Positions 1-9,722 of a stretch of 63,047 bases of DNA are shown here, piece after piece. Position numbers and translations under genes: made by a program. The notes beneath the pieces were generated by a model. That model made no database searches. It was given only the letters and a program-made list of their open reading frames with translations, and had not been told where the DNA came from. Source of the DNA: Oligoflexales bacterium. GTDB lineage: Bacteria; Bdellovibrionota_B; Oligoflexia; Oligoflexales; CAIYRB01. Where the stretch lies: positions 1-63,047 of the forward strand of contig JBGSUI010000136.1 in the NCBI GenBank assembly GCA_041736175.1. Direction: 5' to 3'. Positions within the stretch are counted from its first letter, which is position 1. Every line of letters starts with the position of its first letter.

Positions 1-66
1 TCTGGGGGTCAAAACAGTTTAAAATGCTTTCTGGACTCCGCGGGAATATCCCCTACTATCCGAAAG

Positions 67-528
67 ATGGGGAGACTGATTTTAGGTCCAAATCCTAGGA
101 TAGGATTTAGGCTCGTACCCCCCCTATTTGGACACCCCACATTTTTAGTGGATGGGATGCGGCGTGAACCCAATGGGATTGTACTTTCTCCCGATGAAAA
201 AACTCTCTATGTGGGATCTGCCGAAGGCATCATTTTTAGCTATGCCGTTGCGTCCGATGGAACCCCAGGTGATCCACAGATTTTTGCTAAGCCAGGCAAA
301 AACATCGACGGCATGACCGTCGACTGTCTTGGCAACATCTATGCCACCATCCACGAAGCACAGGAGTTTGTGGTCTATACCCCTAAGGGTGCCGAGATCG
401 AGCGGGTTAAAGTAGGGCACAAGATCACAAACCTGGCCTTTGGGGATCTGGACCAGAAAACCCTGGTGATCACCACGACAGGCCATCTCTTTAAAATGCG
501 CAGCCGGGTTTCAGGAGCTGCCTACTAA
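67..528 (+). pseudogene. C-terminal fragment of an SMP-30/gluconolactonase/LRE family protein
   Basis: Motifs PNGIVLSPDEKTLYV, IDGMTVDCLGNIY, TNLAFG. Family resemblance starts only at about nt 140; the N-terminal half of the usual ~300-aa propeller is missing although the frame is open to nt 1. Confidence 0.7.
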
Positions 529-543
529 GGCGCTCCCCGCAGA

Positions 544-2142
544 TTAGGTGGGCGCTTGGTCCTTAATGATTTGGTCAGCAATAGCCAAACTCAGGGCAGC
601 AATCGTGAGAGTGGGGTTTACCGCCGCGCTGGAAGCAAAAACGCTGCTGCTGGCGATATAGAGGTTTTGGTGATCATGGGTGCGGCATTTTTTGTCGACG
701 ACGGATGTTTTTGGGTCATCGCCCATAATGGTTGTACCCATGATATGGTTGTTACCACCAAGAGAATCAAGGAAGACTACGTCAGTCGCTTTAACTTTTT
801 CAATGATCTGGGCAAACACCCTGCGCACATGATCGACGCTTTTGGTTGAATAGGAATCAATTGAGTAGTGGATCTGCGGCCTAGGAATGCCTATCGAATC
901 TTTGAGCGTACTCGCGGTGACACGGTTGTTTGGGTCCGGTAGCTGCTCGTGAAACGAGCTGAAAGCACAGCGCCTGATCGAATAGGCTCTGATCGCTTGG
1001 TCCAGATCCTTGCCAGCTAGACCGCTGCCTATGAATTTACGCGTCGCACCTTCGGTGAAACTTCCATTCCACAGCCCGATCTTAATCGATCCGGATTCCT
1101 TGCGAAAAGAGCCATCCCGCAAGTCGAGGATACTGCTCACCACCTGGGGCCCCCGACCCGAATAGATGGGTTCGGGTATGCTAAAGTCCATTCCAAACCG
1201 AGGATGATCCATAAGATTGCGGCCTACTTGATCGGAAGAATTAGCGACCCCATGGGGAGTTCGCTCGGACCGTGAAATCAACAGCAGCTTAGGAGTTTCA
1301 ATCCCATGGGCCGCAATCACAAAGGTCTTAGCTTTAACCATATGGCTTGTGCCGCTTGGATCTTTGTAGTGAATGGCTTTAATAGATCTATTTTCATTTA
1401 CATCTAGCTGATAGGCCACGGCATTGGTGATCAGCAAAGCTCCGGCTGACTCAGCTTTTCTGGCGTGAACATCTCCGGAATACTGGGCCCCGATGGGGCA
1501 CAAGGGCATACAGTTGTGGTTGCCGCAGCAAGGTGGGCGACCGTCATAGAGGGCACTGTTACGAGCGACGGGTTGGACCACCACATCATATCCCAGAGGT
1601 TCCAGGAGTTTTTTAAAGGTTTGGTCCATATAGGTCGGCGCAATCCCTGCCATCGGGTAGGGCTGGCTTCGGGGCGATCCAAGATCTTTGCTTCCGGATA
1701 CCCCCAGTTCCTGTTCGGCTTGGCCATAGTAGGGCTCCAAATCTTGATAGCTAAGTGGCCAATCTCGGCCAACACCATAGAGACTTTTGAGTTTAAAATC
1801 ACTCGGCAAAAATCGCCACGCTTCACCAGCCCAGTGCCAGGTGGTACCACCAACCATTCTAAGATAAAGTGTATTGTATTTATGGGGGCCTGTCTCGATG
1901 ATATAGGGATCTGAATCCCCGTCCAATCCTGGATGAAGAGCATGCTTTTGTGCTGGATAGGGGGATTGATGGTGTTTGATCGGTGCCTCAAGAAACGTCT
2001 TTAAAGCCTCAGCACGCTCGATGCGTTTACCGGCTTCGAGGATGATGACCTTAAGGCCTTTTTTTGCGAGCCGATAGGCCGTCAGTGAACCAGCAACACC
2101 TGAGCCAACCACAACAATATCGGCTTCTCGAATCTGCGCCAT
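544..2142 (-). CDS. GMC-family FAD-dependent sugar/sugar-acid dehydrogenase, catalytic large subunit (sorbitol/glucose/2-ketogluconate dehydrogenase type)
   Basis: GSGVAG dinucleotide motif, VGGTTWHW, Cys cluster CCGNHNCMPLCP (3Fe-4S site of this family), GRNLMDH, HIMGT, NPTLTIAAL. Confidence 0.9.
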   Translation of the reverse strand: MAQIREADIVVVGSGVAGSLTAYRLAKKGLKVIILEAGKRIERAEALKTFLEAPIKHHQSPYPAQKHALHPGLDGDSDPYIIETGPHKYNTLYLRMVGGTTWHWAGEAWRFLPSDFKLKSLYGVGRDWPLSYQDLEPYYGQAEQELGVSGSKDLGSPRSQPYPMAGIAPTYMDQTFKKLLEPLGYDVVVQPVARNSALYDGRPPCCGNHNCMPLCPIGAQYSGDVHARKAESAGALLITNAVAYQLDVNENRSIKAIHYKDPSGTSHMVKAKTFVIAAHGIETPKLLLISRSERTPHGVANSSDQVGRNLMDHPRFGMDFSIPEPIYSGRGPQVVSSILDLRDGSFRKESGSIKIGLWNGSFTEGATRKFIGSGLAGKDLDQAIRAYSIRRCAFSSFHEQLPDPNNRVTASTLKDSIGIPRPQIHYSIDSYSTKSVDHVRRVFAQIIEKVKATDVVFLDSLGGNNHIMGTTIMGDDPKTSVVDKKCRTHDHQNLYIASSSVFASSAAVNPTLTIAALSLAIADQIIKDQAPT

Positions 2143-2167
2143 CTCTTAACCTCAATAGAAATAATTA

Positions 2168-2731
2168 TTAAACAACTGGTGGTTTTGACCAGAAGTTAAG
2201 TTCTCCACCACAGATGGCCGGGATATTCTGCACACCAGCCACAGCCTGATACATCAATGCTTCGTAGTAGGTAAAGAGAACGGGATGTTTTCCAGTATTT
2301 AAATAACCTATATACCATGCCGTGAGCAGTTCTTGGATAGTTCCTTGTAACGTACTGTGACTTACAGAAAACGCGGTAGGTGACTGCACCTTGGTCGGCG
2401 ACATCTCTTTTAGCAGGATATAGATCTTTGTGAGATTTTTTCGATGCACGAGTGACGACTGAAGATTCTTTAAAATCTTAGTGCCTACTTCCGGACTAAG
2501 GGTCTTATTTTCAGTAAAGTAGCGGGAGACCTCCATAAACGATTCGAGATCTTGCACAGACTTATCTGGCACCTTTTCAGACTCTTTGGCCGCCGCAGTC
2601 CCTATCAACCTTGGTATTAAAAACCCAGCTTGAATTACATAAGATCCCACAGCCGCTACACCAAAACAAAACGAGCGCCTCCCTAGCAAGTGATACCTGT
2701 AGTGGGTCGCTGTTTGGTAAAGTTTAGTCAC
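2168..2731 (-). CDS. Small (gamma) subunit of the FAD-dependent dehydrogenase, Tat-exported
   Basis: Twin-arginine GRRSF, AWYIG, YYEALMY...P..C.G...FW..PP C-terminus; directly upstream of the large subunit. GTG start. Confidence 0.8.
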   Translation of the reverse strand: MTKLYQTATHYRYHLLGRRSFCFGVAAVGSYVIQAGFLIPRLIGTAAAKESEKVPDKSVQDLESFMEVSRYFTENKTLSPEVGTKILKNLQSSLVHRKNLTKIYILLKEMSPTKVQSPTAFSVSHSTLQGTIQELLTAWYIGYLNTGKHPVLFTYYEALMYQAVAGVQNIPAICGGELNFWSKPPVV

Positions 2732-2844
2732 TCAGTTCTCTTCATATTAAAAAGTTGCGATGGAAAAGTTTAAACAGTGCTCATCATAGATTGATTAGGT
2801 TAATGAAGACACCCGTATTTTCGGCCCCCACCTCACTCGCACCC

Positions 2845-4935
2845 TCAGGACTTAGGGACAAACCCCAACCGTACCCCAACTCCGGCATCGCGGGGCTGGA
2901 TGCTCCCTCCATAATAATCCGTGGTAAGCACCACCAAACCACCTAGGACCCCGCCCACAAAATCCGAGGAGTCTAAACTTCTAAATCCCTTAAACCTTAT
3001 TTTTGCCGACTCCAACCAGGACATAAGGGGATTGGGGTTCCCATCAATAAAGGCAATTTCGAAGACCACCTCGATTTGGCCTTCATGCTCTAAAATCGAT
3101 GGAAACAGATCGATGGTTTGGATCTTGAGAGAGTCAGTTACTTCTGCATCTTGGTGTTTTTCCATCTCGCGCCTTCCCATGCCCCCTAGGGCAAGAGCTG
3201 CCGCTAAGGCTGTGATCAGCGCCCGGATATCAAAGGCCAAGGGCAGCAACAACAGATCGTCGTAGGTGGCGGTCGCTGGATGGTCGTGGACTCGAATCCC
3301 TATCTGGCGCATCAGGACTCCATAGGTGGCTTTAAATTCATCCATAATCAACCCCAGGTTTCTAGGGGTCTCCTTTGCTGCGCCCTCCTCAAGGGTCGTT
3401 GCAATTAAGACAGACCTAATCACCAACTGGATTTGGCTGATATAAAACTCGGCACAACTCAGGTGTTTAGGGTCCAGTGCTTTTTCCAGGACTAAAAGCT
3501 CAATCAGTCCCTGCATTTTTGCAATGGGGGTATTGAGGTTGTGGCTGAGGAGAGAGATAAAATTGCCCTTAAGATCGGCTGCCTGCAAGTGACTTGCAGA
3601 AATCTCTTCGGCCCTCCAGCGCGCCAGAGTCGTCAGAGATAGTCGGGCAAACCCACTCATAATAAGGATCGATAACCCGACATAATAAGAACTAAAAATA
3701 GGCAAGTAGAACATCAAGAAATTTAAAAATCCGATGTTTATGATGGGAGCCGCAAGACACCATAACATAAAACAGACCGAGGCCGACACCCCACCGTATC
3801 TAAACATAAGAAAGACGATCACCCCTGCAAAAACCCCATTGAGACTCCACACCATCAAGGGTGAAGCCACACGAGGGAGCCTTCCTTCCAGCATTGTTTG
3901 GCCCATGTTGGCCCAGTATTGATGGAGAGGAACTCCTCCCAGCTTAAAGGAAGTATTCCGTAGGGAGCGATCTTGGTAAGGGGTTTTGATGGCAATAGGC
4001 ATCCCAGGGCGCGATGAGGGAGCCACGGATCCGGTCAAGTCCAGACCCACAAATGCAAATTCTGGAACAGAAATCTTGCCAGGGGTGAGCAGCAGAGCAT
4101 CTGAAAAGGAAAGATCAGGAATCTGATGGGGATGGACCAAAAAGGTCATATAGCCCTCCACGGTGCTAGGGATATACCGAGTCTTCCAGGATGGAACTAC
4201 CGAGGGCCAACGCCACGGACTAGGACGCCCCAGCCCAGCTCCCAAGGAATCCACTTCATGAGTCCCTCGCCCATACAAATGGCTCAACATCCATTGGGCG
4301 ATCCAATCGCCACTTTGGGGCAAAATAGGGCAAAAAGTCTGGACTTCTTCCTGTTCTGTATTAGCACAGGGAAGATTATCAAAAATGGTCGCCACATCTC
4401 CCACGTAAAGCTTGATACCCTGTGGCTCATCGATATTGGTCACAAAGGCGATTTCGACCTGGCCGCGAACTTTAGCCAAATAATGTCTCAAATCTCGATA
4501 ATAACTTCCTGATTGTGGATGGTTTTCAGATCTCCAAATCACGATGATATTTTTAACCCCAATATCAACCAATGACTCGATGATTTTTTGGTAATAATCG
4601 ATTGGTAAATCAGGTGTTGTACCATTATGAGAATGGGCCACCTTATTGATTTCAAAAACATTGCCACTTACCGTCAGGACCCGGCCAGGATAGGTTAACT
4701 CGCGGAGGGGCGTCAAACTAAAAGTCGTTTCTAAAAGAAACCTTTCAGCTAAAAGAGAAAGGCGGGAGGATTCGCGCCCGCCGTAGACTATGTAATAAAT
4801 GGATCCAAAGAGCATCATTCCTAAGGCGATGGGGTAGACAACATCAAACCACCACAATTTCCGCAGTACAAATTCTATGTGAAACCTTGCTCTAGTCAGG
4901 AGCGAGACGGCCGCTTTAGTTCCTTTTGTCACCAT
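2845..4935 (-). CDS. CHASE2-like membrane sensor with His-containing HisKA domain but degenerate ATPase domain
   Basis: N-terminal TM, large extracytoplasmic region, three TMs, H-box FISLLSHNLNTP; no recognisable N/G1/G2 boxes. ATG 4935 (GAGGGG upstream) preferred over 5025. Confidence 0.7.
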   Translation of the reverse strand: MVTKGTKAAVSLLTRARFHIEFVLRKLWWFDVVYPIALGMMLFGSIYYIVYGGRESSRLSLLAERFLLETTFSLTPLRELTYPGRVLTVSGNVFEINKVAHSHNGTTPDLPIDYYQKIIESLVDIGVKNIIVIWRSENHPQSGSYYRDLRHYLAKVRGQVEIAFVTNIDEPQGIKLYVGDVATIFDNLPCANTEQEEVQTFCPILPQSGDWIAQWMLSHLYGRGTHEVDSLGAGLGRPSPWRWPSVVPSWKTRYIPSTVEGYMTFLVHPHQIPDLSFSDALLLTPGKISVPEFAFVGLDLTGSVAPSSRPGMPIAIKTPYQDRSLRNTSFKLGGVPLHQYWANMGQTMLEGRLPRVASPLMVWSLNGVFAGVIVFLMFRYGGVSASVCFMLWCLAAPIINIGFLNFLMFYLPIFSSYYVGLSILIMSGFARLSLTTLARWRAEEISASHLQAADLKGNFISLLSHNLNTPIAKMQGLIELLVLEKALDPKHLSCAEFYISQIQLVIRSVLIATTLEEGAAKETPRNLGLIMDEFKATYGVLMRQIGIRVHDHPATATYDDLLLLPLAFDIRALITALAAALALGGMGRREMEKHQDAEVTDSLKIQTIDLFPSILEHEGQIEVVFEIAFIDGNPNPLMSWLESAKIRFKGFRSLDSSDFVGGVLGGLVVLTTDYYGGSIQPRDAGVGVRLGFVPKS

Positions 4936-6925
4936 GGAGGCCCCCCTCAGTTTTGGATTTTTGTACTGATCGCGGGGGTAACATGACCAGGGTAAAGGAG
5001 GATCCCATGCCTGGCTCAGATTCAAGCTCGATTTTTGCTTGAATAAGGTCTGCGAAATAACTGCTTAAGTAGAGTCCTAGTCCATGGCCTTTCACCTTGT
5101 AAACAAAATCATTCTTAACCCGGTAAAATTTCTCAAAGACCTTTTGATGAAATTCAGCCTCAATTCCTGGACCATGGTCTCTGACCTGGATTTTTGTGCT
5201 GTCTTTTGCCATCCAGGAGTTTATGGTGATGATTCCGTGGTTAGGGGAGTATTTTATGGCATTCGAAATAAGGTTATAGAGGATTTGCGCGGTGATCGGC
5301 CCATCGCCAAAGCTCAGAGAACCTTTAGGCACATGAACCTCTAAGACCAAATGCTTTTCTCGGATGCGGGCTTCAAACTGAATCAGGATCCTAGGCACCA
5401 TCTCTGCAAGGTCAATATTCTGAAAACCTTTTTTAAGTTCCTTGGATTTAATCTGGTGTTGGCCCGAACAAGCTTCTAATCGCGAAAAATGACTCATTCC
5501 ATTGAGGTAATCATCAAGCTCCTCGCAGCTTTCTACGACTTTTCCAAAAATGGTTTTGGTTTTAGGAGAAGAAAGTTTATCGAGAGATTCAATCCTAAGA
5601 CAGGCTCTGACTTTTTTATTAATCGTCGATAATTCTTCGGCAAAGATATTTAGAAACCTATCCTGTACAGAAGCGACGTCCCGGTCTGTAGCAACCTTAG
5701 CCTGTTGCTGGGCATGCAGCCGACCTTCTAGCCTTAACCTCACGAGTGCGCCGACGATCGTCATAAAAGTCGACACCAGTGCGGTATCTGCTAACGGAAT
5801 ATAGTAGGAATAAGATGCAAACAAAAACCCGTGAATAATCAGCAAAACAATCCAGCCACCAATAAACAAAATGGAAGCAAAACCTGCACTAAAATACCAG
5901 GCCCCTAAGGACAAGAGAGATACGATCGTCGTCTGAAAGAGATTGACCCAAAGCTTGCCAGGGACGAGCCAATCCCCCTGTTTAAGACTCTGTATGGTCA
6001 TTGCAAGAGCTGTCACAAGTGGGATCCCATCCACCACATCATACCCCTCCTCCTGCCAGGGAGAATTGACAAAGGTAGCCTCAAAAGCCTTAAGAGTCGC
6101 TGGACGATAAGCGGTATAGCCCACCAGGACCACTTTATCGTCGACCCTATCGATGGTTGTCCCCTCTGGCCCAAGAGCCATCCAGTCGGCTACCGATAGG
6201 GTCGGAATTCTGCTCGGCAGCACAAAGTTAGGTCGGACCGAGATGATTTGTGACTTAAGAGAACGAACCAGGTGGTCCTGCTTTTTTTCGAGCGGTGTCT
6301 GCTGCGAGTTGAGTAGCGATCCAAGGTAGGGTGCCAGATAGGGCATCTCACCCTTTTCTTTGATGACAACCTCGCGCACAATCTCGCGCCGAAACGGCCG
6401 AGTCATATTGGCTTTATAGACTCTTGCCGCAATAGGGCGGAATTTTGGCGGCAACGCCTCAACTCCTCCATCCTGTAGGTTTATATCAAAAACACCCAGG
6501 CTAAATCGACGATCCCTAGCGACCAGTTGGATAATGGGATCAAGCCCTAGATCGGAGTAGCTAAACAGCTGGGGCGGTAGCAGGACTCCTACCGCTTTGA
6601 CTTTGGTACCCTCGAGTTTCAAAAGCACATCGGCCAGGGCTGTATAGGACAAGGTTGGCTGGGGTCCCGGTGTAACATTGTGGGGAGAGTTCAGGGTTTT
6701 TTCATCGATGGCGAGGACCAAAATATCGGTGATGGTCGTTAAATTTGGCGCAAGTCGAAAGCGGAGATCATAGAGTTTGTTTTCGATGCGGGTTCTCAAG
6801 GGGGTGGCGTAGAAAATCTTTAGGAGACAGATTCCAAGTGTCAGAGTCAAAAAGACCAGACTTAATAGGTTAAATCTATCATAGCGCCAAGTGTATTTTT
6901 CTAAACTTTTTTTATTTTGATCCAT
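4916..6925 (-). CDS. CHASE2 sensor kinase with intact HATPase but no phosphoacceptor His
   Basis: ENKLYDLRFRL...ILVLAIDEKTL and DKVVLVG (CHASE2), three TMs, H-box position FAEEL, intact YNLISNAIKYS, DHGPGI, FEKFYRV, GHGLGL. Confidence 0.85.
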   Translation of the reverse strand: MDQNKKSLEKYTWRYDRFNLLSLVFLTLTLGICLLKIFYATPLRTRIENKLYDLRFRLAPNLTTITDILVLAIDEKTLNSPHNVTPGPQPTLSYTALADVLLKLEGTKVKAVGVLLPPQLFSYSDLGLDPIIQLVARDRRFSLGVFDINLQDGGVEALPPKFRPIAARVYKANMTRPFRREIVREVVIKEKGEMPYLAPYLGSLLNSQQTPLEKKQDHLVRSLKSQIISVRPNFVLPSRIPTLSVADWMALGPEGTTIDRVDDKVVLVGYTAYRPATLKAFEATFVNSPWQEEGYDVVDGIPLVTALAMTIQSLKQGDWLVPGKLWVNLFQTTIVSLLSLGAWYFSAGFASILFIGGWIVLLIIHGFLFASYSYYIPLADTALVSTFMTIVGALVRLRLEGRLHAQQQAKVATDRDVASVQDRFLNIFAEELSTINKKVRACLRIESLDKLSSPKTKTIFGKVVESCEELDDYLNGMSHFSRLEACSGQHQIKSKELKKGFQNIDLAEMVPRILIQFEARIREKHLVLEVHVPKGSLSFGDGPITAQILYNLISNAIKYSPNHGIITINSWMAKDSTKIQVRDHGPGIEAEFHQKVFEKFYRVKNDFVYKVKGHGLGLYLSSYFADLIQAKIELESEPGMGSSFTLVMLPPRSVQKSKTEGGLHGDKRN

Positions 6926-7018
6926 TGGATCTCAAATATAAGATATCCATTGTGAAACATCTGACGGAGCTTTACGCGAGAAAAACTCTTATCATTCCTG
7001 ATCGTTAAAGTCAAACAT

Positions 7019-8437
7019 TCATTTTCTCAGAGCCTGTTTAGGGGTTTCCAAAACCTCAGGAGCATTCTTAATAAGATAGGTGTAGACGCGCATGGCAAGC
7101 GTGATCTCGCTGCCTAGGAGGCGACAAAAGGTTTCGTCGAGTATAAATTTGCTACCGTGGGCCAACTTATGCTCATGGAAACAGCCTCCAGCGCAAAACT
7201 CCCGGACAAAACAACTCTTGCAAGGTTCGTTTTGTGCATTGCGAACCTCCGCGATTTCGCGCAACCCTGCATAGTTGACCCCGGTTTGGATATCTCCATA
7301 CCGCTCGCTTTCGTCTTCATTAAACCTATGGCATAGATGAAAGGCTCCGTCGACTGACACTGTGAGGTAGTTAACCCCGGCTCCACAGCTGGTCTGTCTA
7401 GTCTTGCCCTGGTGCAAGGACCGTACAAATCCCATAATGGCCTCAAATTTTCTGAGTTTGTCGTAGTCTTGAGCCTCAAGCAACCGATCGATCACCCGCG
7501 CCATGATGCCTGTCAAACGATCGATATCGCTAAGAGTGAAGGCGAGCCTTTCCGACTTTTCTGCATGGCGGGCGACACTCAGGCGGTAGTTAAAAGAATG
7601 GAGCGTCTGGACAATCGCCTCTTCCGTATGGTCTAACACATCACGGGTGATGGTCGCCCGCAACCGAAACGACTTGAGAGCCGCCAATTGGGTTTCGAAA
7701 TTTTTAAGCTTTTTCTCCACAAAAGATTCTGAATTAGAGACTTTATCTTTGTTGAGACGGTTTTTTGCATGGATTCCTTTACCGTCGTAAGAGACCGTCA
7801 CGGCAAAATCATGGTCGTCCATCCATTTTATTTTCTCTTCAGAAAGCAAAGTTCCATTCGTCGTAATGGCATAGGTAAACTTAAGGGGAAGAGTTTTGGT
7901 CCAATCTACAATCTGTTTGACGACCGAGAAATTAAGCAGCGGTTCGCCCCCAAAGAAAATCAGATGAAACGATTTTTTTCCTTCACAGAGCATAGAAATG
8001 GCTTTTTGTGCGGTCTCAAAGGTCATCATCCCCTTAACCCCGTAGTCCCCTTCTCCCGCAAAACAGTAAGTACAACGCAGATTGCAACCTTGAGCCATAT
8101 TCAGAGAGATCGCAGAAATATTAACCAGGGTATTTCGCGGAGCGATTTTAGGAAAAGTTGCTGCTAACTCAGCTAAACCAGCAGCATAGGCTTGGTTCCG
8201 TTCCTGGTCCACCTCCCCCATGGGGACGCCCTGGTCAAGGCTCCTAATATACTGCGCTGTCTCTAAATCCGTCTCCAGCACCGTCGAGGTGGGGACATGG
8301 AGCATAAAACTCCCATGTTCATAGATAAAGGCACGCCATTCCGTGGCCTTAAGAGACTTCCAGGTTTCGCCCGGCAGGGCCGGTCCTAAGAGCGAGGGAG
8401 TGGGGGAAACCGACTCATTTTTTTCGTTTGGGTCCAT
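7019..8437 (-). CDS. Radical SAM/SPASM-domain protein, PapB/CteB/QhpD-like peptide or protein maturase
   Basis: CNLRCTYC, FFGGEPLLN, ITTNG, VSYDG; SPASM CX12GX4C...CX2CX5CX3C...C; ~100-aa N-terminal extension (possible RRE). ATG 8437 with AAGGTGG RBS. Confidence 0.9.
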   Translation of the reverse strand: MDPNEKNESVSPTPSLLGPALPGETWKSLKATEWRAFIYEHGSFMLHVPTSTVLETDLETAQYIRSLDQGVPMGEVDQERNQAYAAGLAELAATFPKIAPRNTLVNISAISLNMAQGCNLRCTYCFAGEGDYGVKGMMTFETAQKAISMLCEGKKSFHLIFFGGEPLLNFSVVKQIVDWTKTLPLKFTYAITTNGTLLSEEKIKWMDDHDFAVTVSYDGKGIHAKNRLNKDKVSNSESFVEKKLKNFETQLAALKSFRLRATITRDVLDHTEEAIVQTLHSFNYRLSVARHAEKSERLAFTLSDIDRLTGIMARVIDRLLEAQDYDKLRKFEAIMGFVRSLHQGKTRQTSCGAGVNYLTVSVDGAFHLCHRFNEDESERYGDIQTGVNYAGLREIAEVRNAQNEPCKSCFVREFCAGGCFHEHKLAHGSKFILDETFCRLLGSEITLAMRVYTYLIKNAPEVLETPKQALRK

Positions 8438-8779
8438 TTTGATACCACCTTGGTTACGGGTCCGGTGCAAAGATCCCTAAGATGAGTTTGTGCCTATACC
8501 TGCCTTAAGAACGACTAGAAATCTTAATTTATTCAGTCTTTTCTAGATGTTACATACAATAAATCAGTCCCATTTTACCTTCCTTAACGCCTTTGAGAGA
8601 CAAGGCGGCTGGTATCATATCGATACCACTTAGGGTCTAATAAGCAGGAAGTGTACCAACTGGGTAAACGAGGAATTTATGGGAAATATTGAAACCTCTT
8701 AGAACCATACCAGCAGAGAGCTTTATCTTTTGCCTAAAAAGACCGATTCCTATCCATAACCTCTCAGGACGGTCCCCCT

Positions 8780-9622
8780 ATGCGCACAAACCGGAAAGCC
8801 CCACGTTTTCACCCTGCTATAAAAGGTGCGATTTGGGTTTTGGCGCTTGGTGGCTGTCTCAGTGGCCTGTTTATCCTTAGTCGCCAGAGGCAAGAAGAAG
8901 ACTTAGAGCCTATGGCTCCCAATGATTCCCGAGAACCGGAAGTATCTCCCAATGAAGCTTCGACCATCACCCTAGAATCTAATTTTTTAAACAAATGGTC
9001 AGCTACCAAGCTTACCTCCCATGATCCTGGAAAAATCCGGATTAAAAATGCCTATCGAACTCGTTTTTTCTGGGTCAAAGGCAGTTTCTCAAAACCCCTC
9101 CCGGGATTTGGGATGGTGGTAGAACAGAACATCCCACAAAACACATTATGGCGACCTGAAGTGCTCTGGCAAGCCTTTGACCACCTGCCGCCCTTTCGGA
9201 CTGCCTTTGCCTCGGGTAGCATCCTGGGTCAGGAAAACTTAGCAACGCAGATCTTAAATTTACCTCCCAGCGCTCTCCTAACGGAATCTGCTAATATCAC
9301 CCTTGCTGTGAAAATCGGCCTCAAACATCCTGAGTTAGGACGCCAAGAAGCTGAGACTGCAACCATTCGGTTACGATCCCTAAAAGGGAACCTCTCAAAA
9401 CTGAAACAAAAAAGTATCACCGTATACTTAGGAGAAGCGCAGCCAAGACCCCACCAGGAGTGGGTGGGGGTATGGAATTCACTGACGCCAAACCAAGCAC
9501 CTAAAAAATTGATTCTAAATAAAGGAAACCCTCTTCTTGACCAAGAACTCGACTCTCTGTTTGCCCAACTCTCCCAGCACCATGATTTCCTGATCAAGAC
9601 AGAGACGGGCGACCCACTTTAA
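8780..9622 (+). CDS. Hypothetical protein with single N-terminal membrane anchor
   Basis: 280-aa ORF, hydrophobic GAIWVLALGGCLSGLFIL; no family recognised. Confidence 0.6.
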   Translation: MRTNRKAPRFHPAIKGAIWVLALGGCLSGLFILSRQRQEEDLEPMAPNDSREPEVSPNEASTITLESNFLNKWSATKLTSHDPGKIRIKNAYRTRFFWVKGSFSKPLPGFGMVVEQNIPQNTLWRPEVLWQAFDHLPPFRTAFASGSILGQENLATQILNLPPSALLTESANITLAVKIGLKHPELGRQEAETATIRLRSLKGNLSKLKQKSITVYLGEAQPRPHQEWVGVWNSLTPNQAPKKLILNKGNPLLDQELDSLFAQLSQHHDFLIKTETGDPL

Positions 9623-9722
9623 AAGTGCTCCCACGCTGTCGCTTTCTGGCGCGGCTTAAAATTGCTACACTAAAGGCACCTAAACGCGATCCCCCCTCCT
9701 CCCCCGAAGGGCATAAGATACT

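Noticed and set aside
1..16. TCTGGGGGTCAAAACA resembles an IS3-family terminal repeat; GTACCCCCCCTATTTGGACA near 115-134 is also IS3-end-like
   Set aside because: Too short, no transposase or matching partner end in the window.
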